Notes under the pieces: generated by a model | Told to the model about the DNA's origin: nothing | The model's input: only the letters and a program-made list of their open reading frames with translations | Databases searched by the model: none | Part shown: positions 37,408 to 49,950 of the stretch, one piece after another | How positions within the stretch are numbered: position 1 is the stretch's first letter | Layout: every line of letters begins with the position of its first letter | Program-made: the position numbers and the translations under genes | NCBI GenBank assembly: GCA_951406725.2 | Contig: OX597814.1 | Span: forward strand, 74,710,001 to 74,774,000 | Direction: 5' to 3' | DNA: 64,000 nt | DNA from: Octopus vulgaris | Lineage: Eukaryota

Positions 37408-38961
37408 TACATGTGAGTTCTCTAGACATCCTAGTGGTTGAGGCTATACTCATGAAGTAATGTAGATAATTAAGTAACATAAACAGATTTCAAAAGTTCA
37501 TTAAAGTTCTTTAAAGATGATGTACAGTCTTATCACAGAATTTCAAAAAAGTCTTAATAGCATCACAGAATTTCAAAAAAGTCTTAATAGCATCACAGAG
37601 AAGGTGACCCGATCCATAGTGCACATATGAATTTCCAGAGATATGATGAGGGGTTACATACTCACAGAAAGCAAATTTATCCATTGTCAATTACAACGAG
37701 GTGGGTTTCAATTCCTGCTTATTAGCATTACAGAGAGGGTGAGTTAATCCTTTGTATAGATGCACAATTTCCAATGGTGTAGGTGTAAATTTCCAAGGAA
37801 TTTCATATTCACCGGCGATAAATTTATCAATGGTTGAACACAATGAGGTAGGTATCAAATCTTGCTATATGAATAGGTATTTGTCACATTAATCAGATTA
37901 CTGCTATTTACAAGAGGCTGTAGCTATTTAACTTTTAAGGCTGAAGAGCTTACTAGAGCTGTATAGAATAGAAGAGGGAAGGGCATAGAAGAAAAGAGAG
38001 AAAATAAAATAGAGAGAAAATAAAAGAGGAGGGAGCAAAAAAGGGGGGGGGGAAGGGGGACTCAAAGAGAAGAGAAAAGGAAAAAGAGGATAAGAAGAAG
38101 AAAAAGAAAAAAGAGAAAAGAGAAAGAAATAGGGAAGGAAGGGAAAAAAAAGAGAAAAAGAAGAAAAAAGAAAAAAGAAGAAAGAAGAAAGAAAAAGAAA
38201 AAAAGTTTCTAGTTATACAGAAGAATTGGTAGACGACAAGTCTGGTTTTAGCTTACAGGCATCTAGGAATTAGGGGAGAATATTATTCTTTGACCAGTTA
38301 AAACAGCTAATTTATTGCTGTTGAAACCAGCTATGAATTTAAAGAGAATCTAAAGAGATAACACAGTTAGGGGTTTCGGGGTCAGATGCTAAAATCACCA
38401 GAAAATACATTAGGGAAAACTAGATATAATCTTATCAAAAAGTCATTAAAATTTACTTATTTAATTTATTCATTTTATTGTCTTAAGGAGTTGCCGTTAT
38501 TATTCACACATTGACGGACTACAGGTCAAGTCTTAGAAGATCATTTAAAAGGTGTTAGGGGATTGTCTATCATAATGAAGATAATCATATTATCACCGAG
38601 GGAATAGTCTCATTTATTTAATTTTGAAGTAGAATTATGGGTCTATAGTAACTCATTCTAATTAATTAGAGTTATGCTAATTAAATTAGATTAAGATGGG
38701 AACTAAAATTAAAAATTACAATTAAGATTTAAAATTAAGAATTTAAAAAATTTTTAAAAATTTAAAAATTGTGAGTTTGAAATTAAATAAAGCCTCAATT
38801 AAGCAGCGAATAAGTGCTATTCATTTCCCTGTTCTCAAAAAACTGATGCAGATATAGGACAAAGATAACTGTAGTGTGAGAACTCTTATTTATCTACTTA
38901 AAGCAGTGCTATACCAGTAGAAAACAGGTTATATCAATCTATCTAGTTACGAATATTCTAA

Positions 38962-41652
38962 TCATTTAAAATATTTTAAAGTCTTCAATTTAGCGTGGAC
39001 ACAAACTTGACCTAGCTCGATATGGTTATTCAATAGGTTTCTATGTTTTCTATGCTTTAGAATTTCATATGTCTCCATGGAGCATAGTTGGCAACCAACC
39101 CTACTATTTTTATACGGAATTGCTCTCCTAACTATTTCCCAATTAAGGTTATAATTTTTATTATTATTTTTGAGTTCCCAGATTTTGTTTGAAAGTGTGG
39201 TGGTACCAGCTTTATGACGTAATTTAAAAGTCGAGATGTGATTTCTAACTCTAGCTAAAAAATTTATTGTACATCCAATGTAATGATATTTGTTATTCTC
39301 CGTGGATATGGTACATTTATAGATTACATTATTTTCTCCACATAGACCAGGTGCCGGGCATTTTGATTTTATTCTACACTTACACACAGGAGGAACACCT
39401 TCAGGCTTTGGATTATTCTTGGGTAGATGTTTTAGGTTCCTATTATTTTGATTATCATTTCTATAGTTGGTGCTGATATCTAAAGTATTGCTATTATTTC
39501 TTGATCCTTCTGTTTCATTATTTAGATCTAAAGTCCTACCATGATTTCTTATATTATTGGTAATGTTAATATTATTGCTAGTCTTTTTATCCGACTGCAT
39601 ATTGTTGTTATAGATATCACTAATATTTTCATTCTCCTTATTTTCTCTATTTTCGCTATTTCTATTATTTCTATTATTAACATTATTACTTCTACTAATA
39701 TCGGCATTGCTATTATTACTATTAATGTTAATGTTATTAGTCATTCTGTGGTTACTAATTTCACCTATGTTTTGATAGTTACTATTGCTGCTTTTATTGT
39801 TGGTAGTATTATTACAATTGCTATTGGTATTCATGCTGATATTATTATTATTATTATTATTATTATTTATATTTCTATCTTTCCTGGCTAGTTTAATGTT
39901 GTTATTATTAATCTTAGCTATTAAAGTGGACATATTTGGGAGGGTTGAATAAGAAATCCTAACTGTTTTCCTAGAAATAATTCTATGATATCTATGAGAG
40001 ATAGGGAAATTTTTTTCCAGAATCACTTTGAATTTGTTCCGTATATCCGATTGTATCGCACAGTTGAACGGAATATTCAGCCATAATATATCTTTTTTAT
40101 TAAATTTAGGGTTCGTAGAATTATTACTATTCATCTCACCGGAGTTATTGTATTTGTTACCATTATTATTATTTTTATTTGTGTGTATCTTAGGTTTATC
40201 TACTTCAATACTATCCGAGTTACCTATGTTCTGGTCAATGTTTCTATTTGAATTGTTGGGCCTATACGCTATATTAGCGTTTACCATTATTTTAATTCTA
40301 CTTTTATTTCGGGCTTGGTCTTTATTGCTGCTTACGTGATTATTGATAACTTCATTATTAGGAATACGTGAGTTCCCCTTATCAACGAATGTAATCTTTT
40401 GGTTGTATCCAGCCTTAGTTAACGCCGCATTATAATGCTCAGAATGGGAGTTAAAAATATCCTTATTGGATGATAATTTTGAAATTCTTAATGAAATATT
40501 TCTTACTAGAGATTCTATAATATTTGGGGGATGATTTGATAATTTATTTATGTAATTCGTGATTTCACCTTCCTTTCTAAATGGGTAATGTAATTTGGAG
40601 TTAAGGTCTAGCGTAGTATCTAGGAAATTAACTATTTTAGTGCCCGGTTCATACGTTATACTGAGGTTGAAATCCCTAAAGAACTTATTAATTTTCTTTC
40701 TAATCCTTTCTATAACAGATTTATTATTACTAGGGATAACAAACAGAGCATCATCCCTATATAGACACCCCTGTAATTCTGGGATATCCTTGCTTATGCA
40801 TTTTAATAGATATGCGCCTACTAGGTTGGTTACCTCAGCCGAATCACTGGAACCCATTGGTATATCAAAAAAATTTGGTGTATCTGCTCTAGTCCATAAT
40901 TTATCTTCAAATTCTATAAATGTCTTCCTAGCTAGTAGCACAATATTGATTTCTTCTCTAGATATGAGGGAGCGATTCATGGCAAATATTAGTGATTTGT
41001 TGAGTAAGATAGGGGAAATGCTAGAGTAATAACTATTAATATCGAACTGAATAAAGGACAGACTACTAGTATTAGTTAGAGACTTAAACCATTTTAGAAC
41101 TTCATCGGTACTTAGCCATAGGTTTAAGGGGAGAAGAGGGGTTATTTGGGGTAGAACAGTATCCAAGATAGATTTACTAAGTCGGCCAATGTCCGACCTA
41201 GTTGGACAGATCAACCTTACCGAAGGGTTTTCCAAGAAGTTCTTTTTGTGGTCTTTAAGATTGATCCTGGGCTCACATGGTTTAAGTGGCTCCGTTCTAT
41301 CCGTTAAATTTAGCTTTTCCATGATCTCTTTCATTTCCAAGTTTACTTTCTTCAAATTAATCCTAGTCGTAATTTTATATTTGGAGTTTAGTTCTTTCCT
41401 AATTAATTTGCTATAAATATCGTAATCAACTCTATACATATTACCCGTTTTATCTGCTGGTACCAGGATTCCATGTTTGCACCGGGTTGACTGAATAAAG
41501 TTCCTAAGGTGTCTAAGGTGAGGGTTATATCTTAACGGGTGTTCCTTGAAGCTAATATCATCTATAAGATTCAGCAAGTCTTTCTCAAAATTCTCCAGGA
41601 ATGGGTTCTGAGGTGGGCTTTTTCTACTTTTAAAAATTCTTCTAAAATTCAT
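38962..41652 (-). CDS. PLE polyprotein: reverse transcriptase plus C-terminal GIY-YIG endonuclease (896 aa; frame stays open upstream to about 41750)
   Basis: PADKT, KDHK..RLICP, FDINSYY, PMGS, YRDD, FLD, CKCRIKSKCPAPGLC, VIYKC..YIGCT, CQLC..CVH. Confidence 0.95.
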   Translation of the reverse strand: MNFRRIFKSRKSPPQNPFLENFEKDLLNLIDDISFKEHPLRYNPHLRHLRNFIQSTRCKHGILVPADKTGNMYRVDYDIYSKLIRKELNSKYKITTRINLKKVNLEMKEIMEKLNLTDRTEPLKPCEPRINLKDHKKNFLENPSVRLICPTRSDIGRLSKSILDTVLPQITPLLPLNLWLSTDEVLKWFKSLTNTSSLSFIQFDINSYYSSISPILLNKSLIFAMNRSLISREEINIVLLARKTFIEFEDKLWTRADTPNFFDIPMGSSDSAEVTNLVGAYLLKCISKDIPELQGCLYRDDALFVIPSNNKSVIERIRKKINKFFRDFNLSITYEPGTKIVNFLDTTLDLNSKLHYPFRKEGEITNYINKLSNHPPNIIESLVRNISLRISKLSSNKDIFNSHSEHYNAALTKAGYNQKITFVDKGNSRIPNNEVINNHVSSNKDQARNKSRIKIMVNANIAYRPNNSNRNIDQNIGNSDSIEVDKPKIHTNKNNNNGNKYNNSGEMNSNNSTNPKFNKKDILWLNIPFNCAIQSDIRNKFKVILEKNFPISHRYHRIISRKTVRISYSTLPNMSTLIAKINNNNIKLARKDRNINNNNNNNNNISMNTNSNCNNTTNNKSSNSNYQNIGEISNHRMTNNININSNNSNADISRSNNVNNRNNRNSENRENKENENISDIYNNNMQSDKKTSNNINITNNIRNHGRTLDLNNETEGSRNNSNTLDISTNYRNDNQNNRNLKHLPKNNPKPEGVPPVCKCRIKSKCPAPGLCGENNVIYKCTISTENNKYHYIGCTINFLARVRNHISTFKLRHKAGTTTLSNKIWELKNNNKNYNLNWEIVRRAIPYKNSRVGCQLCSMETYEILKHRKHRNLLNNHIELGQVCVHAKLKTLKYFK

Positions 41653-41939
41653 TTCGGTATTCCTTTCCTGTGGTTTCTTCTTCTGTTTGACATCAAAATG
41701 GTACGTTTTCCACCTGATTCTTCTGATGAAATCGTTAATCCTATGAATGTGTGATGCTATTAAGACTTTTTTGAAATTCTGTGATGCTATTAAGACTTTT
41801 TTGAAATTCTGTGATAAGACTGTACATCATCTTTAAAGAACTTTAATGAACTTTTGAAATCTGTTTATGTTACTTAATTATCTACATTACTTCATGAGTA
41901 TAGCCTCAACCACTAGGATGTCTAGAGAACTCACATGTA

Positions 41940-42030
41940 TTTTAGCTGATGAGTACGGGACACGTTTATATGCTGTAATTTTTGCAACTTTTAATAAAAC
42001 CTGTCCTTGTATGAAACGATCGTACTAAAA
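41940..42030 (+). ncRNA. Type I hammerhead with extended stem II (inverted 5' pLTR)
   Basis: TTTTAG-CTGATGA-GTACGGGACA..TGTCCTTGTAT-GAAAC-GATC-GTA-CTAAAA. Confidence 0.8.
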
Positions 42031-42060
42031 ACCTATCCATTCTTGTTGCTTCATTCTCGC

Positions 42061-42117
<57 letters not shown>

Positions 42118-42202
42118 TATATACATACATACATACACACACACACATATATATATATAGATATATAGATATATGTAATGTGTGTGCATGTGTACATCTA
42201 TA

Positions 42203-42239
<37 letters not shown>

Positions 42240-42330
42240 TTATATGTGTATACACACATCTATATCTATATACACGCACTCTAAACACATATGTGTGCAT
42301 ATATATACATGTAGGTATGTATGTAGGTAT

Positions 42331-45300
42331 GTCATTATTCAGTTTATTTCAGGATTTCTTGCCAATAGAGAAAGAACCGGTTTCTAACCTAGATCCAAGG
42401 TTCCTTCATTGGAATTTCAACATCAACAACAGAGAATTTTTGTTTGTATGTATGTATGTATGTATGTATGTATGTATGTATGTATGTATGTATGTATGTA
42501 TGTATGTGAAAATTTGAATGTTTTATGTATGTATTCTCATGCATATATTTGCATATTTAGACAATCTCATATATATTTAATTGATTAACTTCTGGAAAGT
42601 TTTACAGATTTTTTTACAGTTCTAGTGATCGATTGGATCTGTAGTCGTTGGATTAGCTTTCTCCTTTCTATTTTTGAGAAGTCTAATTTCTCAATCTTGG
42701 TATTTAAGGCAGTGTGTTACATATCGCAAGGACCCCAATAATTACAGGTATAAACCTGAACTTGTAATATGGATAGAACAACTGCAAATTTCTTAATAGT
42801 TCAGCATAGGTGTTCTCTTTTTCACTGGTCTTCAGCTTTATGTTAACAGCCGCTGGGCAGTTAATTTCCACAACTGTGCACAGTTTCTTTTCTCTATCTC
42901 AAATCACTTTTTCAGTCTGTTTTGCTTACATTTTATTGAGGTCCTTACTGGTACATTCCACCAGTATTCCTTTTTATTATGAGTGGCTATGGTTTCTACC
43001 ATATTATGGTTTTTATTTCCCTGTCTTCGGGATTGTCCTTCCAACGGATTTCATTGTAGAGTGTTCTAGCTACAACGTCATGACTCATCGGTAGATAATG
43101 CCGTGATAACGTTTTCGGACAACTGCTTATGATGTGGGGATATCTTCAGTGTGAACTCCACAAAGTCTGCATCGGTTGTCATATTTTACAGCTTTTCCTG
43201 AATCTCTATCCGTTTTGTGAATCAGCTATTTAGTTGATATTTCCTGTTCCTGGATTGCAAACGCATGCCCTTCAAAGTGGGAGGTAGTAATCCGGCTATT
43301 CGTCCATGATAAACTGCTTTGATGATAGATGTCATTATCATCATAGAGGTTTCTATTAATAATCCATGCATAGTCTTCTGCTCATGTAGGCTCATCCTTT
43401 CATCAGATGATATGTTGCGGTAGAGTTGTGCAACTTCTTTGGGCATGTAAAGAGTGTTCCAAGTATTATGATGTTATCAGCCGCATCTATGCAAACTTGG
43501 TCAAGGAATTCACTTGGTGATTAAAAAATGTTGCCGAAAGAATATGATACGACATTCAACGGCATTTTGGATCGATGTTAAGCCTCTGCCAATATTTTCA
43601 TTTTAGGTAGAGGCGATCTACATCACTGTTTATGTGGAAATTATGCGTGTTTGTTAGTATTTTTCGGATTTTCATATCAATGGCTCGGATCTCATCAAGC
43701 GTCCAATCAAGTAACACAAATTTTGGTATGACTACTGGCACTGCAAACACATTATTGGCCACTGTTTTATTGTATGCAAACAGTTCTGAAGTCCAAATTT
43801 TGTTTATTTGGCTGTAATATTCTTTAGTGACACGTGTTTTGTTACAGGTGCCACTGTAAGATAGTTTTTCATCCACCCCTAGATACCTGTAACATTCCTC
43901 GTCAGATACGGGGGAAACAGTCAAATCATTGATGGAGATGTTACTAGTCTGGTTTTTAGTTTCCCCCTCCTTTTCACAACCATATTATAACATTTATCCT
44001 GACCAAACCCCAACCCTACATCTTTTGAGAATGTTGTAACTAGGCCCAAACTCTTTTTCATCTCATGCATATTCTTTGCATAAAGTTTCAAGTCATGCAC
44101 AAAGAAACAATGTGTAATTTTGGTATCTCTGTTTCCTTGTGAACCAGTGAGATATCTTTCAGACTTCCTTGATATCACTGACAAGGGATTTACAGAAAGT
44201 ATAAACAACATCAGAGAGAGGCTGTCTCCTTGGAATATACCTTTGCGATATTGTATTCTGTCAGTGATAATACAATCACTCTTTGTGCTTAATTTCAAGA
44301 TGGTGGTCCACGATGAAGTCAGGTCGGCTATGGCCTTGACTATTCTCACAGGAACTTTAGCAAGTTGAAGGGCTTCTAGCATCCATGAGTGGGGAACAGA
44401 GTCAAAGGCTTTCTTGTAGTCTAGCCACATTGAAACTAGGTTCCTCCTATGCTCTCGCACCTCTGACATCACTGTTTTGTTGATTAAAAATTGCTCCGCA
44501 CATCCCCAGACTCCCTTCTTCCCAGCTGCTTTTTCTGTGATAATGTTAATGGTTTCACAATGGTCCTGCAGGAAAAGGTCTAAAGATGCTGTATATATGT
44601 TATACATTAAGTTCTGGCATGGCCGGTAGTTTTTTTGCCATATGGAAGGTTCTGCATTTGGGGATCAATTTTGTCTCTGCCAGAGCTAACCAGGGCGGTA
44701 TGCTACTGTTCCCAAAGAAAGCCTGCTAGTACAGATTGATAAGACATGGTCAGTAGAATGTTAGTCTCTTGTACCAATATCCAGCAATCAAGTCTCTTCC
44801 AAGTGCTTTTCCATTCTGGAGTTTCTGGATCATAGTTGCAAGAGTTTCACATCAATTCTGTATGTTTTGGGTGTAACGCAGGAGCAATGACTATTTCGGA
44901 TTTCTTCCAGCTACATAGCACCTTGGTTAAATTCCTTCTCTTCACTCCAGATTTTCCTCCAGAAGGAGTCTGTCTTCTCGTGAAGGAGCTTCCGTGATAT
45001 TTACTGCTCCTCCTCTCATGTTTCTGTGTACTGCTGCCTGGTTGAGGTTAAATTTTTTGCTAATTGTTCTTCCCTCGGTTATTCTCTTCTCATGTCGGAG
45101 TTTTTCACTGACAGCGTTTAGCTCCTGCTTGAGGGTAATCAGTTTGCAAGTGAGTGTCCACTTTTTGCTGTCTCCAAACATCATTTCTATCTCTACTTTC
45201 TATCTTTACTTTCTGTTGGTGGGACGTATAGAGATTTGCTTGTTTGCATACAATAAGCATCATTACATGACTGATGGTCTTCCGCAAACCAGCTATCTTT

Positions 45301-45537
45301 TTCTGTCTTCAAAACCCATGATGGTGCTTTCTTATTTCGGTTTTGCTTACTTTCTGAATATCATTCATGTGCTGTTTTACAGTAGTAGCCAGCGCATATA
45401 GACAGACGTTAACCTGCCAAATGTGTGGGTTCATCACACTGTTGTAAATACTCATCACCAATTTCGTTAACAGCTTTTAATACCGTATCTGGTCGTTTTT
45501 TACTTACTTTGGCAGAGAATACTCTCCCACCGAGAGA
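42331..45537 (-). mobile_element. Decayed 5'-truncated RLE-type LINE (R4/Dong-like) flanked by (TATG)n
   Basis: WLDYKKAFDSVPHSW, GIFQGDSLS, FFVHDLKLY, YRYLGV, DVDRLYL. Many frameshifts and stops. TATG tracts at both ends. Confidence 0.82.
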
Positions 45538-45749
45538 GTATGTATGTATGTATGTATGTATGTATGTATGTATGTATGTATGTATGTATGTATGTATGTA
45601 TGTATGTATGTATGTATGTATGTATGCATGCATGTATGTATGTATGTATGTATGTATATGTGTATGTATGTATGTATGTATGTATGTATGTATGTATGTA
45701 TGTATGTATGTATGCATGTATGTGTAGTGTCATTCTACTGTTCATAGGC

Positions 45750-46140
45750 ATTTTAAAAGCTGAGAATGAAGTACAAATGCGTGTCCTGGTTATGTGTGGT
45801 GATTTATGTCTGTGTTCTTGTAAAAAAACAATGAGTAGTCATGTTACCATTTAAAATATTTTCAAGGTCACGCAAATAATATATATGTCTAGCATGGGTA
45901 TGGGTTGTGTGTAGACATTTGTGTGTATAAAGTTTAGAAGTGAAATGGAATGGTGTTATTGCCAAAATGAGATGAAACATTGTAAGCGAGAAGAGGCAGG
46001 TCATTATTGCACATAAGGAAAAGCGAAGAAAACATAACGGAACTATGGCGTGCAGAGATGATAAAGAGTACCATTTTGGTATTAGTTATAATAGTTCAAC
46101 CTGACAGGTATCTTCTGATCGAAAAAAACCCCTGAGACGG
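45750..46140 (+). repeat. Unclassified dispersed repeat, homologous to the rc of 62455-62870
   Basis: Shared blocks GAAGTACAA..CGTGTCCT, ATGGGTTGTGTG, TGTTATTGCCAAAATGAG, GGAACTATGGCGT, AACCTGACAGGT..TGAGACGG. Confidence 0.7.
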
Positions 46141-47449
46141 ATCTTTTATCTTTTACTTGTTTCAGTCATGTGACTGCGGCCATGCTGGGGCACCGCCTTG
46201 AAAAAGAATTTTAAGTAGAATGAATTGATCGCAGTACTTATGTTTTTTTATGTTAGAGTAAAGCATGCGGCCTGAACTGCAGAGAGGGTCTTAATACGGA
46301 GAACTATAGAATTGGAATAGAACGTATATTTTGCAAGTTAGTAGGAAGTATTAGCTGAATCATCTTGGACCTAAGTCTTTGGGTGTTAGATTAGAGAACA
46401 GAACAGTCCAACGCATTTAAAAAAAAAAATTATATATTTTCATGGTTAGTATGGACACGACTTACGTGTTTCATCTCACATTTCCATTCCTGTAAGAAGT
46501 TAATATGTAAAAGTCGACCTCTCAGTATCCGTTCACTGATGTCGGATAGGAACAGGAGAGATAAATTATTTTCCAGTTATTATAGCAACCTTCCGTGTCA
46601 CATCCAACGGGACAGATACTCTGTCTATCCTGCGTTACGATACACATATCTGTGAGGTCCTTTGCAACTTAACGCCTATTTGCCCGTCAATAACCTACTT
46701 ATACAAGCGAGCTATTACATAAGTTACTCGATCTTCCTCATACCACATCACACGCTAATAATCTCTTTCTGTCTGTCTGTCTCCCCTCTCTCTCTCTCTC
46801 CCTCTCTCTCTTTCTTTCCTTCTCTCTTCTTCCATTACGCATCCCACTTACCCTACCTTCGACCGGCTAGAAATAGCAGCCAAATCTCCCCTAAATATTT
46901 ATCTCACTCTCTCCAGAAGGAAGAACTACATTTGATAACATAGTCTTAGATAGACAATGATAGAAGGTCTTTCAACATATGTCCGTTCAATGAGAGTTGG
47001 AATTGCTACAGGTCTTAATTCAATTCTAAAATTCACAGGAAATTGTCTTGTACGTTCGTCGACCTATGGTAGATAAGCTCGTTTTCTTGACCTGTTATGA
47101 TGCACATTGAAGTAGTACACGTGTATTTAGTAGCTTCATTTTACCACACGATGTTTTTTCACCAAGCCTTTCTTTGCATTCAACCAAAGAAGATAAATAG
47201 TACTTTTTTTCACCAGATTTGTATTAATAGGAAATATTTAGGGGATACTACGTGTTACACGAAATAATGAGTAATCCCGTAGACAACATAGCTTATTTCG
47301 ATGTATATATGTATTTGTGTACGTGTGTATGCTATGTATGTGTGTATGTTATGTGTGTGTGTGCGTGTGTGTGTGTGCGTGTATTCGTGTGTTATGCATA
47401 TATTTGCAATCGCTAATGAACGAGTAGAAATGAGTGCTTAAGGTATAGT

Positions 47450-49950
47450 TCGCCGCGAGATTTGAGGAGAACTTCATTGTTTACAACAGTATACCACTAA
47501 AGAAAAGAACGATTGTGATAAGAGTCAATAGATACGAACAATCTTGATGTAACCCTTATCAATCAATTTGCTAAAGAGCACCTAGCGCAAACTGACACTC
47601 CTAGTTTCCTGACATTGAATGTCTTGCTGTACTGTGTGGCAATTACCTTTCGCCAACAGCTGGAAGTAACTGAGATTGATCGAAATAACATACAACCTAA
47701 AATAGCTTACTTTTCAGAAAAGAATACATAAACAAACGGAAAAGCATGATATAACTGGATACTATCATTAGATATCGAATGAATAATGAATAATGAATAC
47801 TAGCTCCGATTTTATGATAGGCAGACTCTTTACAATCTATAGGAACTCCCTGTGAGAGAAAAGCAAACTAATTGCTCCTCAAACATGAACTACATATTTT
47901 CGAAGAAAATTACAAGAGCGTAGGACTATGAATTAGATGTTTACATTATACCCAAAAGTTGTAGATTGCAGCATAAAAGATCATACCATCAATTCTCCTT
48001 GGGGTGATCTTGTTAGGAGAAATCTGAACTTTAAATATCAGCACTGCCGTTATGCAGCACGGTTAAATGAATTTTAGAGTGAGTGCTGTACAAGCGTCTC
48101 TCCTAAAACATAAGATATCACCAATTAAACTCTCCTGAAAGTTGTTTGAAAAGTACCGAATGAAAAGTAACCTTGATGAAATCAATCTACCTAAGGTGCT
48201 ATGTAGCTGGAAGAAATCCGAAATAGTCATTGTTCCTGCGTTACATCCAAGACATACAGCATTGATGTGAAACTCTTGCAACTGTGATCCAGAAACTCCA
48301 GATGGAAAAGCACCTGGAAGAGATTTGATTGTTGGATATTGGTACAAGAGGCTAACATTCTACTGACCATATCTTATCAATCTGTACCAGCAAGCTTTCA
48401 TTGGGAACAGTAGTAATAGATGCTGAACTTTATGTACCATGCCAAAGAAAGAAAGAAAACTACAAACACCATGCAAGTTATATATAAACTGTATTCAGAT
48501 TTTTTTTGCGTTTCTCCAATATTTTATTACGCCTTCACGAGATTCCATTTGCTACAGACTATGCCATTACAAAACTGCTACGACATGGAGTGTACATCTA
48601 TCAATAACAATTCAAGCAACTATTCGGGAACAAACTGAATTAGATTATAATTATCAACAGGAATATACGTGAGTATTGGCCTGCGTGTACTGCTGCCCTT
48701 TCTGGCAATGAGGCATTTATCAGGAAATTTCATAAAATATGTCTTAGGATTTGCAGAGGATGGAAAACCGCGTAATCTCTTTTTGTTGATAACCTGAAGC
48801 AGTTAGAGCTACTCACAATAGCCTTATGAAATAAAGGAAAGAAATTTGATCAGAATAAGTGTTCATATTATTGCAAAATAAAGATTGTTGGCCAGACTAG
48901 GAGTATCGCTATCAAAGGCTTGTTCTCCTCTGTCTCCAATGACAAATGCGTTGTCGCTTAGAATAACAAAGAATAACGAAGGATTAATTCAGCTGACTTT
49001 GAAAGAGATGGAAGTTAGAGATGTTATCATTCAATAAGACCACATCTCTTAAACACTTTTGCAATGATAGTACTAACATCTGGCATGCGAGACTGAACAT
49101 TTGAAAGTCTCAGAAATTTGGGTATCAAAGCAAGGAAGATATCAACCACCATTGGTAAGCCTTCACGTCTACAGTGATATTATGATAAATGGTGGGAGGA
49201 AGGTAGGGCCGCGATTTCAATCTAAACTATCTTTGAGTGCCGTATAGTATCACTCAGATAATACTTACTATGCAGAAAGAGAGAACTGAATGCATCAAAT
49301 GTATAATCATTTCCTAGAAAATAATATTTGTTCAGGCCCAATGCATTCTGGGATGCAATCCATCCCAAGTGAACTTTGCCTTTCATACTTTCAAGGTTGA
49401 TAAGGAAAACACCTATCTAGAAAGGATGATTAGGGGTTAGATTAGACTATTAGTGTATTGGACAACATTCCTTGCGGTGATTTATACCAGCTCTTTACTT
49501 TCTGATACTTCCTTCTCTCAGTTTAGTATAACCATCTGGCCGATGAGTATCTTTATCAGTGTTCACTCTGCTGCAAGCATTTGAGCCAGGTCACCGGTTT
49601 GAGGATAACGTCACACTACAACCAATCTCAGAGGCTCTGAAAAAAATAAAGGTCCACAGGTGCTTCTCGTTCCTTAAAACTAAATGGCAAAAAAATTGTG
49701 AGTAAATGAGAGACCCCTGAACATGTAATGAGAGTGCACATGTGTTCTGTGTCAGCTAAGGAAAGCTAGACTGACATGCTTATTAACAGATCTGGGGAAG
49801 AAACGCCCATAATATTAGCAGGAAGTTATGGACGAGTACATATCTCGCAGACTACAAGATACCAACAAGCATCGCCTCTACACGACCTGAGATATATTAG
49901 ATCGCATCTAGAAGGAAACACAATCCTTGCTATTCAGAAATAGCTGATGC
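47450..49950 (+). mobile_element. Possible very old LINE (RTE-like) remnant
   Basis: Only scattered motif ghosts (DGKAPG, TDHI, GV..AC.L.P-like). No long ORF. Confidence 0.35.

Larger units (their letters stand above)
37167..42060 (-). mobile_element. Young Penelope-like retroelement with inverted 311-bp pLTRs, inserted in (TA)n
   Basis: 37287-37597 appears to be the exact rc of 41750-42060. Long intact ORF, HHR in each pLTR, TA tracts on both sides. Confidence 0.95.

Noticed and set aside
37532-37597. 30-bp direct repeats resembling a CRISPR array
   Set aside because: They are head-to-tail with no spacers, in a eukaryotic context, and part of the pLTR.
37600-41750. Naiad-type selenoprotein PLE with SECIS
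   Set aside because: The GIY-YIG domain is C-terminal and the ORF has no in-frame TGA.
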